64,000 nt of DNA. Origin: Octopus vulgaris. Its lineage: Eukaryota. The notes under the pieces are model-generated. The model ran no database searches, was not told where the DNA came from, and saw only the letters and a list, made by a program, of their open reading frames with translations. The stretch covers positions 7,068,001 to 7,132,000 of the forward strand of contig OX597821.1 of assembly GCA_951406725.2 (NCBI GenBank). The letters run 5' to 3'. The position numbers and the translations under genes were made by a program. Shown here piece after piece: positions 13,323-25,475 of this stretch (within the stretch, counting starts at the first letter, position 1; every line of letters starts with the position of its first letter).

Positions 13323-14759
13323 CATATTGATCAAAAGACAGTTGTGTGATTAACCAAAATATATAAGCTGTTCATAATCACAAGTGGTTTGTTATAGATC
13401 GACTAGGAATAGACGAAACTGGTTGTCAGATAAATTCGATCGTTTTGTGGGGGGCGTGTTTTATATTAATCCTTTTCAATGTTATTTGAATTAGCACGAA
13501 AACTATTTCCATCGTTGTTTTTTATAGTTTTTATTTCGCTCTATTCTCCATCAACAACTACTGTTTGTCGTTTTTGAAATTTGAATAAATTTTACCTCTT
13601 TTGAGACACTTTGACGATGGAGTGTCGAATAACGAAGAGAAAGAAAACGAATTTATCTGGCAACGTAATATATGGTCAATCAGAAATATTTCTTTCTAAA
13701 TTTGGCCCAATGCCCGCAATTTTGAGGGGGAGGAGGAAGTGCATTACATTAACCCAATACTTGGCTAGTACCTTATTGTATAGAACCCAGCGAGATAGGC
13801 AAGGCTGACTTTGGTGGAATTTGAACGCAGAACGTAAAGAGCCGGAAGAAAAGCTGCTTGGCAATTTGTCCAACAAGCTAACGATTCTACTACCTCAATG
13901 CTACCAAATCCATTCACAAGGCTTTGGTCAGCTCGAGATACTATAGTAGAAGACGCTTACTCAAGGTGTGGCGCAGTGGGACTGAAACCGAAACTATGTG
14001 GTTAGAAAGCAGGCATCTTACCACACAGCCACTCCATATGTGTGTGTGTGTGTATGTGTGTGTGTGTGTGTGTTTGTGTGACTTTGTATTATGTCTGTCC
14101 CCTAGATGTGTTATGTATTGTGTTATGTCTGTCCCCTACAGAAACGGTCGTACTGCATGACCTCTTGATATCCTGTTGCTTATTTTGATTTTATTCACCT
14201 TACTTCGAGCTGTGCCGATAATACCGGACTGACTTGGTGCTTCAACTCAAGTACCTAATTCAACTGCCTGACAACCGGTGTTGGTTTCTTTCGTATCTGA
14301 ACTCAGAACATAAAGACGGACGAAATGCTGTTAAGCATCTTCCTGGCGTGGTAGCGATTCTGCCAGCTCGCCGCCTCACTAATGATAATAATGTGTGTGT
14401 GCGAGTGCGCGCGCGCCTGAGTGCAGTTTGTGCAGCATTTACAGAAATACAACAAATGTGACATCAAAAAGCTGTAAGAGAAAATCAATAGGAACATAAG
14501 CAATCTTTATAATAGCATTTAGCTGAACGAAAGCTCTACAACTTATAAATTAACAACCGCAATGTAATGACCGCCGTAAACGACTCTATGACAATGGAAC
14601 TGTGGTTTATTTTTCTAACAAGAAATAGCAGTGGACATTTAAAAAGAGAGATTAGCAGGATAAAGACCTCTTTCTGATAATTGCTCAGTTTAATCCGGTC
14701 TCAGTTAAGTTACAAGCTATTTCACCAAACTACTGCTCTTTCAGTAATATCTGCTTTAC

Positions 14760-14838
<79 letters not shown>

Positions 14839-15080
14839 ATATTATGTTATTCATAATACTTAGAAGAAGGTGCTTTTTTTTCCCACTCACCAAAGTGAAT
14901 GGAGCTTTGGCCAGGAGGAATTGATGTCATCAGACGTTATCCAACGACTACCGTAACATCCGTAACATCCACCCGTTGGTGGATCAGCAAAGGTGGCCAA
15001 ATTACTACTCATCCTCCCCTTCTCGCTTCCAGCTTAATGCCTCTCTCTTGCGCATGTGCACTCTTTAGATACTGAGATAC

Positions 15081-15133
<53 letters not shown>

Positions 15134-15135
<2 letters not shown>

Positions 15136-15765
15136 TATTTATATAAGCCTAAAGCTTATAGCGATCACCGTGCAATGACTAAGAAAAACGGTTTAATAAT
15201 GGGGCATATAAGCCCTCGACAGAAAAAGTAGGCTTTTCTATATCCGCATGGGACTCGAACCCACATCTCTTTATTAACGCGACTAAGTGTGCTACCATTT
15301 CACGGCGAATTAGCCTCCCTGTTTCTATCAAATTTTTAAAATATTAGTTCAATGTTGCTTTGTAAACAAACTTTCTATGTGCTTTCGGTGTGAATGGTTT
15401 TGGTATACGGTGCTGCGGTTTACAATCCTGTAAATAATAATGACGATATTTATATAAGCCTAAAGCCCATAGCGATCACTGTACAATGACTAAGAAAAAT
15501 AGTCTAATAACGGGACATGTAAGTCCTCGACACAAAATGGCTAAATCGCGGAGTTAACAAAGGGATGTGGGTTCGAGTCTCACGCGGATAGGAAAGCCTA
15601 CTTTTTTTATGCCGAGGTGTTATATGCCCTGTTATTAGCCTATTTTTCTTAGCCATTGCACGGTGATCGTTATTGGTTTTTGGCTTATATAAATACAATT
15701 ATCAGTATTTATAGGATTGTAAAGCCCAGAGTCGTATAACAAAACCATTCGCACCCCGAAAGCAT
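15134..15765. repeat. (TA)n-flanked composite repeat: 311-bp unit, partial direct copy and inverted copy, containing a tRNA-like Pol III-type cassette
   Basis: TATTTATATAAGCCTAAAGC recurs at 15136 and 15447. 15540-15765 is a diverged reverse complement of the unit. A tRNA-like segment lies at 15241-15310 (-). Confidence 0.8.
15241..15310 (-). pseudogene. tRNA-like sequence (pseudogene or SINE head)
   Basis: Reverse strand ATTCGC-C-GTG AAATGGTAG CAC-...-GTGGG TTCGAGT CCCAT-GCGGAT: the acceptor, D and T arms pair, the anticodon arm is poor, and TTTTT follows about 13 nt downstream. Confidence 0.55.
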
Positions 15766-15779
15766 ATATATATATATAT

Positions 15780-15998
15780 TTATTCTATCGGTCTCTTTTG
15801 CCGAACCGCTAAGTGACGGGGACGTAAACACACCAGCATCGATTGTCAAGCAATGCTAGGGGGACAAACACACACACATACATATATATATATACATATA
15901 TACGACAGGCTTCTTTCAGTTTCCGTCTACCAAATCCACTCACAAGGCATTGGTCGGCCCGGGGCTATAGCAGAAGACACTTGCCCAAGATGCCACAC
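15780..15998 (-). mobile_element. SINE family B fragment
   Basis: TATTCTATCGGTCTCTTTTGCCGAACCGCTAAG...GAAGACACTTGCCCAAGATGCCAC, homologous to 33795-34130 and 47085-47505. Confidence 0.85.
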
Positions 15999-16250
15999 AA
16001 AAAACCAGGGCTATGTAGATTTTAAAACATTTATAACTAGGTCTTACAGCTGTTTCTAGGATATTTATTATATCCCTTCATTGGAGATGGTGTGAGAGGA
16101 TGGTTAGGAAATAGTTAATTTAGATAAGATACAAAATAGAGAGCGAGATGGAGGAATGAAAATAGATATGAGATATGTAAATATCCTAGAAACAGCTGTA
16201 AGACCTTCTATTCATAAATGTTCTAAAATCTACACAGCCTTGGTTTTTTT
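15999..16250. mobile_element. Small fold-back element with about 70-bp inverted arms and a decayed minimal hammerhead (PLE pLTR-like)
   Basis: Arms at 15999-16067 and 16178-16250 are reverse-complementary. Minus strand 16087-16042 reads TCT-CCAATGA-AGGGATAT AATAA ATATCCTA-GAAA-CAGCTG-TA-AGA. Confidence 0.6.
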
Positions 16251-16425
16251 ATCTCATTACGAAATTTTTTTTTATATACACACGCTGATATATGACTTAA
16301 GCTGGACCCCTTATTCGCATAATCACCAAACCTGGAGCTCTACTATGGTCTATCCATAGCACTTACTTACTCAGCATTACCTGACACCTTTGGGTCTTAT
16401 ACTGACACCATTACCTCTCATAACC

Positions 16426-16529
<104 letters not shown>

Positions 16530-16964
16530 TGTGTGTCTGTGTGTCTGTGTATACAATCAAGTAGAAAATCGGAGAGAAATCCAAGTCATATGTTAATGGA
16601 TCCAAGAAAAGTAACTTATGCGTAGCAAAAAGTTCTCATATTTTTCTTAGATCCAAGAATTGCAACAGACTGCTTAATTCCAGAGCTGAAATGTTTAGTG
16701 GACATGTATCTTTTGTCGAATTGATGGACACCACCCGCTCTGGACTGAGTTGCTGTTTCGCAGACTTTGACACATTTTCTGAGATTTTGTTTTATATCAG
16801 CTGCGTTAACTGTGGTTTATGTAATCAGAGAGGATGGGAATCTTGGTATTCTTGTTTTCGTTTCTTTCTCGTTCCATTTTTTGCACCAACCTTCTTCGCG
16901 ATTTTCTTCCTGCTTTTTTTTTATTTTCTCACTGCCCAGTGTCCTTTTTTAAAAAAAAAAAAAA

Positions 16965-17450
16965 ATTCAACGCATATACAGAGCCTGAAAGATTGCCTAC
17001 AGATACTGCTGGACAAATTAAATGCAGTGATTCGCAAGAAGCGTTCAACGTTTACTAGTCGTACGGGTATTATCTTCCATCACGACAATGTCAGGCCACA
17101 CACCTTTTTGCAGACGCATCATCAGTTACTGAGGCTTAGCTGGTAAGTTTGCTGCTCTCTCCATATTCTCCCGACCCTGCGCCTTGACATTTCCACCAGT
17201 TTCGGTCTCTTCAAAATTCATTGAATGGCCAAACCCGTAACTCTGAAACGGATATAAAAGTTCACATGGAAGAGCTTTTCGCTCGTAAAGAGAGGAACTT
17301 CTTTGAGCGGAAAATAATAGATCTTCCCACAAGATGACAGGAGATACTAGAACAAAACGGCAATTACAATCTTGATTGGTTAAATTGCTTTGTGTTTAAA
17401 ATTTGTGTTATTTTCACTTAAAAATCACACGACTTTTTGGCCAATCTAAT
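16965..17450 (+). pseudogene. Mariner transposon 3' fragment
   Basis: LDKLNAVIRKKRS...GIIFHHDNVRPHT and PYSPDPAP motifs; terminal ...CGACTTTTTGGCCAATCTAATA resembles a mariner TIR plus TA. Confidence 0.8.
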
Positions 17451-18229
17451 ATTTATGTATTCTCTGCCGAGGTCGACTTTGCTTTTCATTCTTTCGGGGT
17501 CGATAAATTAAGTACCAGTGGCGTACTGGGGTCGATCTAATCAACTGGTTCCTTCTCCAAAAATTTCGGGCCTTTATGTATTCTTTTATTCTTTTGCTCG
17601 TTTCAGACATTTGACTGCAGCCATGCTGGAGCACCGCCTTAAAAAGTTTTATCCGAAGAAATCGACCCTAGGACTTATTCTTTGTAAGCCTAGTACTTAT
17701 TCTATCGGTCTCTTTTTGCCGAACCGCTAGGTTACGAGGAATATTTAGTCACGAGAATATCTGCTGCATATCGGCACCTAAGACAAACAGGGAAAGAAAT
17801 ATCCTGATCCCCGGTATTCCCAGGGTTCCGTTCATTTTTCACACAGTTTGGAATCCGGTCAGACCGTGACTTCTCCGTTTGCTTCATTACTCTGTTCATA
17901 TAATGCTGGAAGTCCAACTAAACCGCATTAAAACTGCAAGCATTTCTGCATTCCAAATTGTTCTTCGTTTTATATTGCTTATGCTGCAAGAGTTGTTCGG
18001 TGTTTGGCAAATTCTGGTTTCCATTTGGCACCGCTCCTTTCTCGAAGTACGTGACTTTTATACATTTTATGTTAATCACTTCAACAAATGAACAGATATC
18101 AATGATAAAACCAACAAAATAAAAAAAAAAGTCTAGTTAACTTCTCTTCATGACATTCATTGTTATTTTATGGTTGTGTACGTGTGTGTGAATGTGTGTG
18201 TGTGTGTGTGAATGTGTTCTGTGTGTGTG

Positions 18230-18293
<64 letters not shown>

Positions 18294-18849
18294 CGTGTGT
18301 GTGTGTGTGTAATGAATAATGCAAGTACGACTGGAATTCAGTTTGAGGGAGGTGAGCAAGAAAAACGGAGAATTCGAGTAAATAGAGAAATAAAAAGAGA
18401 GGAAGGAGAAGAGAAGGAAAATGAAGAAGAGTTATAGAAAAAGGGAAAGAGGGAAGGTGCACGAGAGAGAGAGAGAGGGGGAGAGGGAGAGTGTGTGTGA
18501 GTATGTGTGTGTGATGAGGTTTGAAGGACAGAGAATGGAAGTGTAAGAATGAATAAGAATCAAAGAAGAAGGAAGGACAATAAAGACCTGGAATAAGAGA
18601 GAATAGGAATGAGTTAGAAAAAGAAGAGAAAAGAAAAAAAGCAAAGAGAGAAAGAGAGAGGAGGGGGGAAGAGTGGGCGACAGAGGGGGGGCGAAGGAAT
18701 AATAAGAGAGAGAGAGAAAAAGAGTGAGATAGGAAGGAAGGAAGAAAGGAAGGAATTAAGGCAAGAGAAGAGATCGGAATAAAGAAATGGTGAAAAATAA
18801 AAGAGAGAGAAAATTCAAAACCTACGACCAGTCAGTTTGATTTTCTAAT

Positions 18850-19390
18850 ATCCTTTTTGCTATAGGCACAAAAAGGGGTCGGAGCTGATCCATTACATCG
18901 ACCCTAGTACGCAACTGGTACTTATTTCATCGACCATGAAATATGAAAGGTAAAGTCGGCCTCGATGGAATTTGAAGGCACGAGATTCTTTTCTTTTCTA
19001 CTCTAGGCACAAGGACCGAAATTTTGGGGGAGGGGGCCAGTCGATTAGATGGATCCTAGTATGCAACTGGTACTTAATTTATCGACCCTGAAAGGATGAA
19101 AGGCAAAGTCAAACTAGGCGGAATTTAAACTCAGAACGTAACGGCAGACGAAATACTTATTTCTTTACTACCCACAAGGGGCTAAACATAGAGGGGACAA
19201 ACAAGGACAGACAAAGGGATTAAGTCGATTATATCGGCCCCAGTGCGTAACTGGTACTTATTTAATCGACCCGGAAAGGATGAAAGACAAAGTCGACCTC
19301 GGCAGAATTTGAACTCAGAACGTAACGGCAGACGAAATACCGCTAAGCATTTCGCCCGACGTCGTAACGTTTCTGCCAGCTCGCAGCCTT
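18850..19390 (-). mobile_element. Nested or tandem SINE family A copies with two different tails
   Basis: Three GGTACTTA.TT.ATCGACC blocks. A well-preserved copy at 19157-19390 with the L1/Tx1-like tail is joined to a copy with the ...CCTTGTGCCTAGAGTAGAAAAG tail. Confidence 0.85.
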
Positions 19391-19926
19391 TTTGAAGAAA
19401 TAAAATTACGTAAATTCTTTGGTCGATAACTGATACGGATTTGGAGATTTTCTGTCTGTTTTTAATTTGCATTGTTGATGGTGGTAGATGTGGTGGTTGT
19501 GATGGTGGTAGTAGCAAACATGCTTAATATTACGAGCTAAACTTGACTTTCTATCAATCAAAAAAGATTACACCTGTGACAACGAAGAGAAATATGATTA
19601 GCTTCGACAAGGATAATTCTTCGTAAGAGAGGCAAGAAAGATAACTCTGAATGATCTTTATATATTGCGAAAACGTAAAATTGAACAATGAATATTTTGG
19701 CTCTTTACAGTTCTTTTTCCTTTTTTAGTTTTGTTTCTTGAAACAAATGTAACCTTTTCTGTCGATTATCTTTTTATAAACATGTCCTCTTGACATTTGC
19801 AGTAAAATACGTTGACCTTACCTTACCATTGTTCATATTCTATAAGCTAATATTAAATAACAAAAAGAAAGAGAAAATATTGGGCCTATAATAGAATAAA
19901 TATATTTCATTATTTATATAATAGCG

Positions 19927-21290
19927 AAAGTGACGAGCTGACAGAATAGTTGGTACAGAGACAAAATGCTCGACGGTGTTTATTCAGGCTCTTTACGTTC
20001 TGAGTTCAAATTTCGCCGAGGTCGACTTTGACTTTTATCTGTTAAGCACTGGGGGCGATGTAATCGACTACTCCCCTCCGACGGAACTTAAGCCTTGCGC
20101 TTAGAGTAGAAAAGACTTGACATATTTAGCTCGTAAATCAGCAGAATCGTTAAAGTATCGAACGGCTTACCTTGCGATATATATTTCAGTTTCTTTCATC
20201 CAGGGTTCAAATCCCGCCGAGGTCACTATTTCCTTTTATCCGATCAATAAATGAAATATCACTCTGAGATGATGGATTAGTTGAATTAATACAACGTCGA
20301 ATGGGATGCCTTGTATTTACTCCAGAAACTCGGATTCTGAGTTCAAATTCCGTCAAAATCAACTTTGCCATTCATCCTTTCATGTTCCAGTATAGAAGAG
20401 TTGACTGGGGTGGATCAATGCAGCGTTAGACTTGGTAACTGCTTTGTTTGTTTTTGCTGCGGTTGTTTTTGTTTTTTTTTGCGAGCTGAGTTCAAATCCC
20501 GTCGAGATCAATTTGCCTTTCAACCACTCGGTGTCGATAAATAAAGTAGCAGTCCGGCATAGTGGACAAGCAGAATCATTAAAGAATCAAACGGAAGGCA
20601 GCAAGCTGGCAGAACCGTTAGCATGCCGGGCGAAATGCTGTCTTTACGTTCTGAGTTCAAATTTCACCGAGGTCGACTTACCTTTCATCCTTTCGGGGTT
20701 GATAAATTAAGTACCAGTTGCGTACTGGGGTCGATCTAATCGACTGGCCTCCTCCCCCCAAATTTTGGGCCTTGTGCCTAAAGTAGAAAGAAAAAATAAA
20801 GAATCAAACGGAATTCTCTGCATTATTTGTTTCAATTCTTTGCATAACGAGTTCAAATACTGTCATGACGAACTTTGATTTTTAGCCTCCCAGGGTCGAT
20901 AAATATACAAGTCTGGGTCCGGGTCTGAAGACTGACATAATCAGAATTTCTTGCATTATTTGTTTCCATTCTTTGCATTCCGAGTTCAAATCATGTCGTA
21001 ATGAGCTTTGCTTTTCAGGCTCCGGGGTCGATAAATAAAGTACCAGTTTGAGACAGTGGATTGGCAGAATCGTTAAAGCGTCAAACAAAATTACTTGCAT
21101 TACTTGCTTCCGTTCTTTTCATACAGAGTTCAAATACTGTCATGGTCAACATTGCCTTTTATCCTTCTGGGGTCGATACCTATGGTTTCAGTCCGAAACG
21201 GTGGATTACTAGAATCGTTAAAGCGTCAGATACAATGCCTTTCGGTGCTTGTTCTGTTTCTTTATGCTCTAAAACCTCAATATTGTGCCA
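19927..21290 (+). repeat. Head-to-tail array of about 9-10 degenerate family A SINE units
   Basis: CAGAATCGTTAAAG...GAGTTCAAAT...TTTGC.TTT...GGTCGATAAAT recurs every 130-200 bp, with one better-preserved copy at about 20597-20795. Confidence 0.75.
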
Positions 21291-21550
21291 TTAAGGTTTT
21301 GTTTTGGTTTAACGTGCTTGCAGTTGTCCATCTTCTAGTTCTTTTACCCACAAATGTTGCTTATTGAACTCTTCATTTCATGCGATTCAGTCATATACAA
21401 GTATATATATGTATATATATATATGCATATATAAATACTTACTTATATGCATACTTTAATTCATACGTATATTCGAAAGCAATTACACTCGCGCGCGCAC
21501 GCACACACACTCACACACACACACACACGTGTGTGTGTGTGTGTGTGTAT

Positions 21551-24488
21551 GTTTTCTATTTTTTAATTATTATAACTCTTCCACTGAGGAGGAAGCCGGT
21601 TTCCAACAAAGATACAAGATTCCATCTTTGGTATGTAGTTATCGGATTTTCTAAGGAAATATTAACAACGTGCACCGCCATATCGGATGGTTAACAATAA
21701 AATATAAGGAGAAAAATGAGTTCACACCCCACGAACTCTACCTTAGACAAAAATTAACGAAACTTTATGGCAACTCTTCACACTGAGCTCTTGGGGAAAA
21801 GCTAATCACTTTAAAACATGAACTCAGGACGAACTCAGGACGATGAGCGAGAAACTCCGCTGTCGCATGCGAATTTTTGAACGAGCCAGTATCAATCGCA
21901 AGTTTGCTTCCAACCCACAAGCATTATACAGAGAGACGAGGAAGGAAAACATTACCATTAAGAAAGCTCCCTCCCAAGAAGATCTGCAATCATTCTGGCC
22001 AAAACTTTGGAACGAAAAGTGGGTTCCAACCTGAATGTATCATGGTTACATACAATTGAGAGAGAATACTGGACCAACACTAACAGTAAAACATACAAAA
22101 TCGCGATAGCAGTAGGCGAACTGCAGAATGGGAAGGCACTTGGAAGGGACCTAATAATTAAATATTGGTACAAGAAGCTGACATTTATAGAAACAAATTG
22201 ATATGTGTGTTCAAAAGGACTATGGAAGGTCAGATTCATATACCAAATTGGCTTGCTACAGCAAAGACAAATCTTGTTGCCAAAAATGAAATCACTGGGA
22301 CGGCAAGAGACTACAGGTCCATTGCTTGTCTAAACATTATGTACAAATTGTACACAAGTTGCCTCATCCAATTCCTCCAGGGCCGCTGTAAGTCGAACAT
22401 TGACTTGATGAACTGGCTGGGGAAAAGAAGGGTGTGTGGGGATGTGCCTAACAACTTTTAATAAACAAAGTTGTACTGTCTGAAGTAAGAAAACAACGTA
22501 GAAACCTGGTGACAGTATGGCTTGACTATAGGAAGGCATTCGATTATATCCCTCATTCATGGCTGTTGAAGTGCCTACATCTGGCAAAACGACATACTAC
22601 CTTAATTGCTGCTATAGAGAGACTCACAAAGACATGGACAACAATTCTTACCCTTACAACTGAGAAAAGAATAATTGTTTCTGATAGTATAGGCATTGCA
22701 AAGGGAATATTCCAAGGACATAGTCTTTCTGTACTTCTTGTCATTTTGGCACTGAATCCATTGTCGTTCCTGCTGCAGAAAACAAATGGTTCCGTGCTAG
22801 GATCTTCAACTGCTAGAAATATCAATGTAACTCAAAATTTCTTTGTAGACGAATGAAGATTTATGCTAAAAGTGTTAACAATGCCAAAAAACTACTGGAA
22901 TTAATAGCATTTTCAGCTGATGCAGGCATGGAATTTGGTCAAAAGAAATGTTCATATTTGGTTATGGAATGAGGAAAGTCAGTCCCCCAAATTCAAAACC
23001 TATGCATCAACTGTCTCTCTATTCTCCCTCTTTCCACACAGAATGTTACAAGTGCATTGGCATAGAAGAAAATGTATCATATGAAGGCACTGGGAATAAA
23101 GATAGATGACCCGAGAATATTACATCAGATTTAGGAAAATATGGCAGTCGGAACTCTCTTCTTACAACAAAACAATATCCCACAATGCATTCGTAATACC
23201 AGTACTAATCCCAACATTTGGGATACTTGATTGGTTTGTAGAGGAAATCCACTCCATAGATATCAAAACCCGTAAAATCCTGATAACAACTGGGAACTTC
23301 CACTGAAACAGTGATGTTGACAGGGTCTGCCTCAGAAGAAATGAAGGTGGTAGAGACCTGAGATCAGTGCAGACGCCCTTCAAATGCCGTATAGTATCAC
23401 GCAGGCAGCACCTGCTAAAAAATAGCAGCAAAAATAAATATATAAATGCAGTGCTGAAAAGTGAAGTGAGTGACATTGTACGAGTTGGTAGTAAGCTCCT
23501 CAAGAAGCACTCTCTTTCTGACGATCTCCTATACAGACCCAAAACAGCTGGGCTCTCTTACCTCAGAGAAGACCTGGATGGAAAGCACTCAGCATACAAA
23601 AAAAAGACTATGCATGGGTATGTTGCCCGGAGGTTTGAAGAAGACAGTAGAATTGACATGAAGTGCAGCTTCTCTAGGGCACGAGACCATTACATCACAT
23701 CACACTTTGAAGGCTAAGCATTTGTAATTCAAGAACAGGAGATTGCCACAAAGTACCTGGAGAACAAGAGAGGCAGTGACGCTCTTGTAATCCCAAGGTG
23801 CAACCGCATTATAGGCTGTGTCATATTTCTGTGGAAGACACCACGCATGTGATTAGCAGCTGTCCTAAAATGTTGTCACGATACTACCCTCTTATGCGGC
23901 ACGATGTTGTTGCTAAAACAATTTAGACTGCCATCCGCAAAAAAAGACCGTCCTGCAATAGACTTAGAAAATGCCTCTGTTATGGAATACATTTATGGAA
24001 TACTGGCAGAATTTTCCATCAAAATTTCTGTCAAATGTAAACATAACAGATCGAATATTGTTTGGAACAGAGGGGCAAATGTATTTACCATCATAGAGGT
24101 CAGCTGCCCAGCAGATATAAATATCTCTTTGAAAATCAATGAAAAAGAGAATATCTATGGACAACTACTTCGAAACCTCCAGATTCTATATCCACACTAT
24201 GAATTCATATTCATACCAATGATAATTAGAGAACTAGGTTTTGTTAGTAAATGGTTATAGGAGAATCTGGATAAACTGGGATTTTCAGAAAAAGAAACTG
24301 ACCGGCTAATTCGTAGAATGCAAGTGCAGTCTGTGAGTGGAAGAGTAAGAATATTCAAGACTTTTCTCAAGTTCCAAATGTGCATTTTTCTGTGATAACT
24401 ACATCCCAAAGATGGAGCCATGTATCTTTGTTAGAAACTGGCTCCCTCCTCAGTGGAAGATTTAAAATAATCAAAAAATAGAAGACAT
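21551..24488 (+). mobile_element. Decayed R4/Dong-type (RLE) LINE of about 2.9 kb with RT, CCHC and endonuclease remnants, and its 3' end duplicated in inverted orientation at the 5' side
   Basis: YRSIACLNIMYKLYTSCL, WLDYRKAFDYIPHSWL, GIFQGHSLS, NFFVDE, IDIKTRKIL, GGRDLRS and IIEVSCPAD..KENIYGQL motifs, with many stops and frameshifts. 21551-21643 is the reverse complement of 24394-24488. The element ends in (TACA)n. Confidence 0.9.
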
Positions 24489-24499
24489 ACATACATACA

Positions 24500-24565
<66 letters not shown>

Positions 24566-24582
24566 TACAAATATATATGCAG

Positions 24583-25475
24583 TATAAACTACCTGCAGCA
24601 ACTTGCTATAAAAGCAAGTAGTAATTTTACCTTTTGTTTATTCTTAGTACAGGTTTTGCAGAGCGCAGTTCGATTTTAACAGTTATTTTTTCAAAGTTAT
24701 GATTTCAATAAAGACAACGGGAAGTGCATGGAATATTAATGCAGTATATGGGGATCGGACAAGCGTAAGCCAGTGTCAGCGGTGGCTCCAGAAATTCCGA
24801 GCTGGTAACTACAGCCTAAAAGACGAGCCTCGTCCTTGAAGATCTGTAGAGCACGACGAGGACGTCCTGCAAACCCTGGTAGAACAAAATTCCATCGTAA
24901 CTGTAGAGGAACTAGCAGAGAAGCTTGGATTTGTTCATTCAATCATTCATCGACACGTGCGTGCCATCGGAAAAGTCAGAAAATTGGGTCAATTGGTTCC
25001 TCGTAACTTTTCCTAGTCTAATCGCGCGCAGAGAGGGAATGTGTGCTCTTCTTTGCTGTCTCACAAATGACCCTTTTTTGGACCGAATAGTGACTGGTGA
25101 TGAGAAATGGGTTCTCTTAAAAAATGTCAAACGCCGAAGACAGTGGGTAAGGAAAAGAGAAACACCGACACCCCAGGCTAAAGAAGGTCTTCACCCACAT
25201 AAGGTATCCTTATCTGCTTGGTGGGATCTGAAAGGTTTAGTCCACTTTGAACTTTTAAACCCAAACCAAACGATAACAAAGGAGATCTATTGCAAGCATC
25301 TTGTGCGGTTTAAGTCAGTGCTAGAAGAAAAACGACCATCTTTGGTTTCAAGACGAAAGGTGTTCTTCCGTCAGAATAATGCTCAGTCACATACTGCGAG
25401 AATGACATTCGAAAGGCTGAAGAAATTTGAATGGGAAACGATGCCCACCCACCATATAATTTACTTGGTCTTTGA
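24583..25475 (+). pseudogene. Mariner transposase fragment, same family as 52997-54267
   Basis: FLDRIVTGDEKWV, LHPHKVSLSAWWDLKGLVHFELL and FFRQNNAQSHT; the nucleotide sequence is collinear with the 53-54 kb copy. Confidence 0.9.

Noticed and set aside
17740-18060. Moderately GC-rich, coding-looking segment
   Set aside because: The minus-strand frames I translated are interrupted by stops, the + strand ORF is short, and I recognised no motif or clean splice pair.
21578-21640. CTGAGGA followed by a hairpin in the inverted LINE end, hammerhead-like
   Set aside because: GAAA is replaced by AACA and no NUH or helix I can be formed; it is antisense to the LINE.
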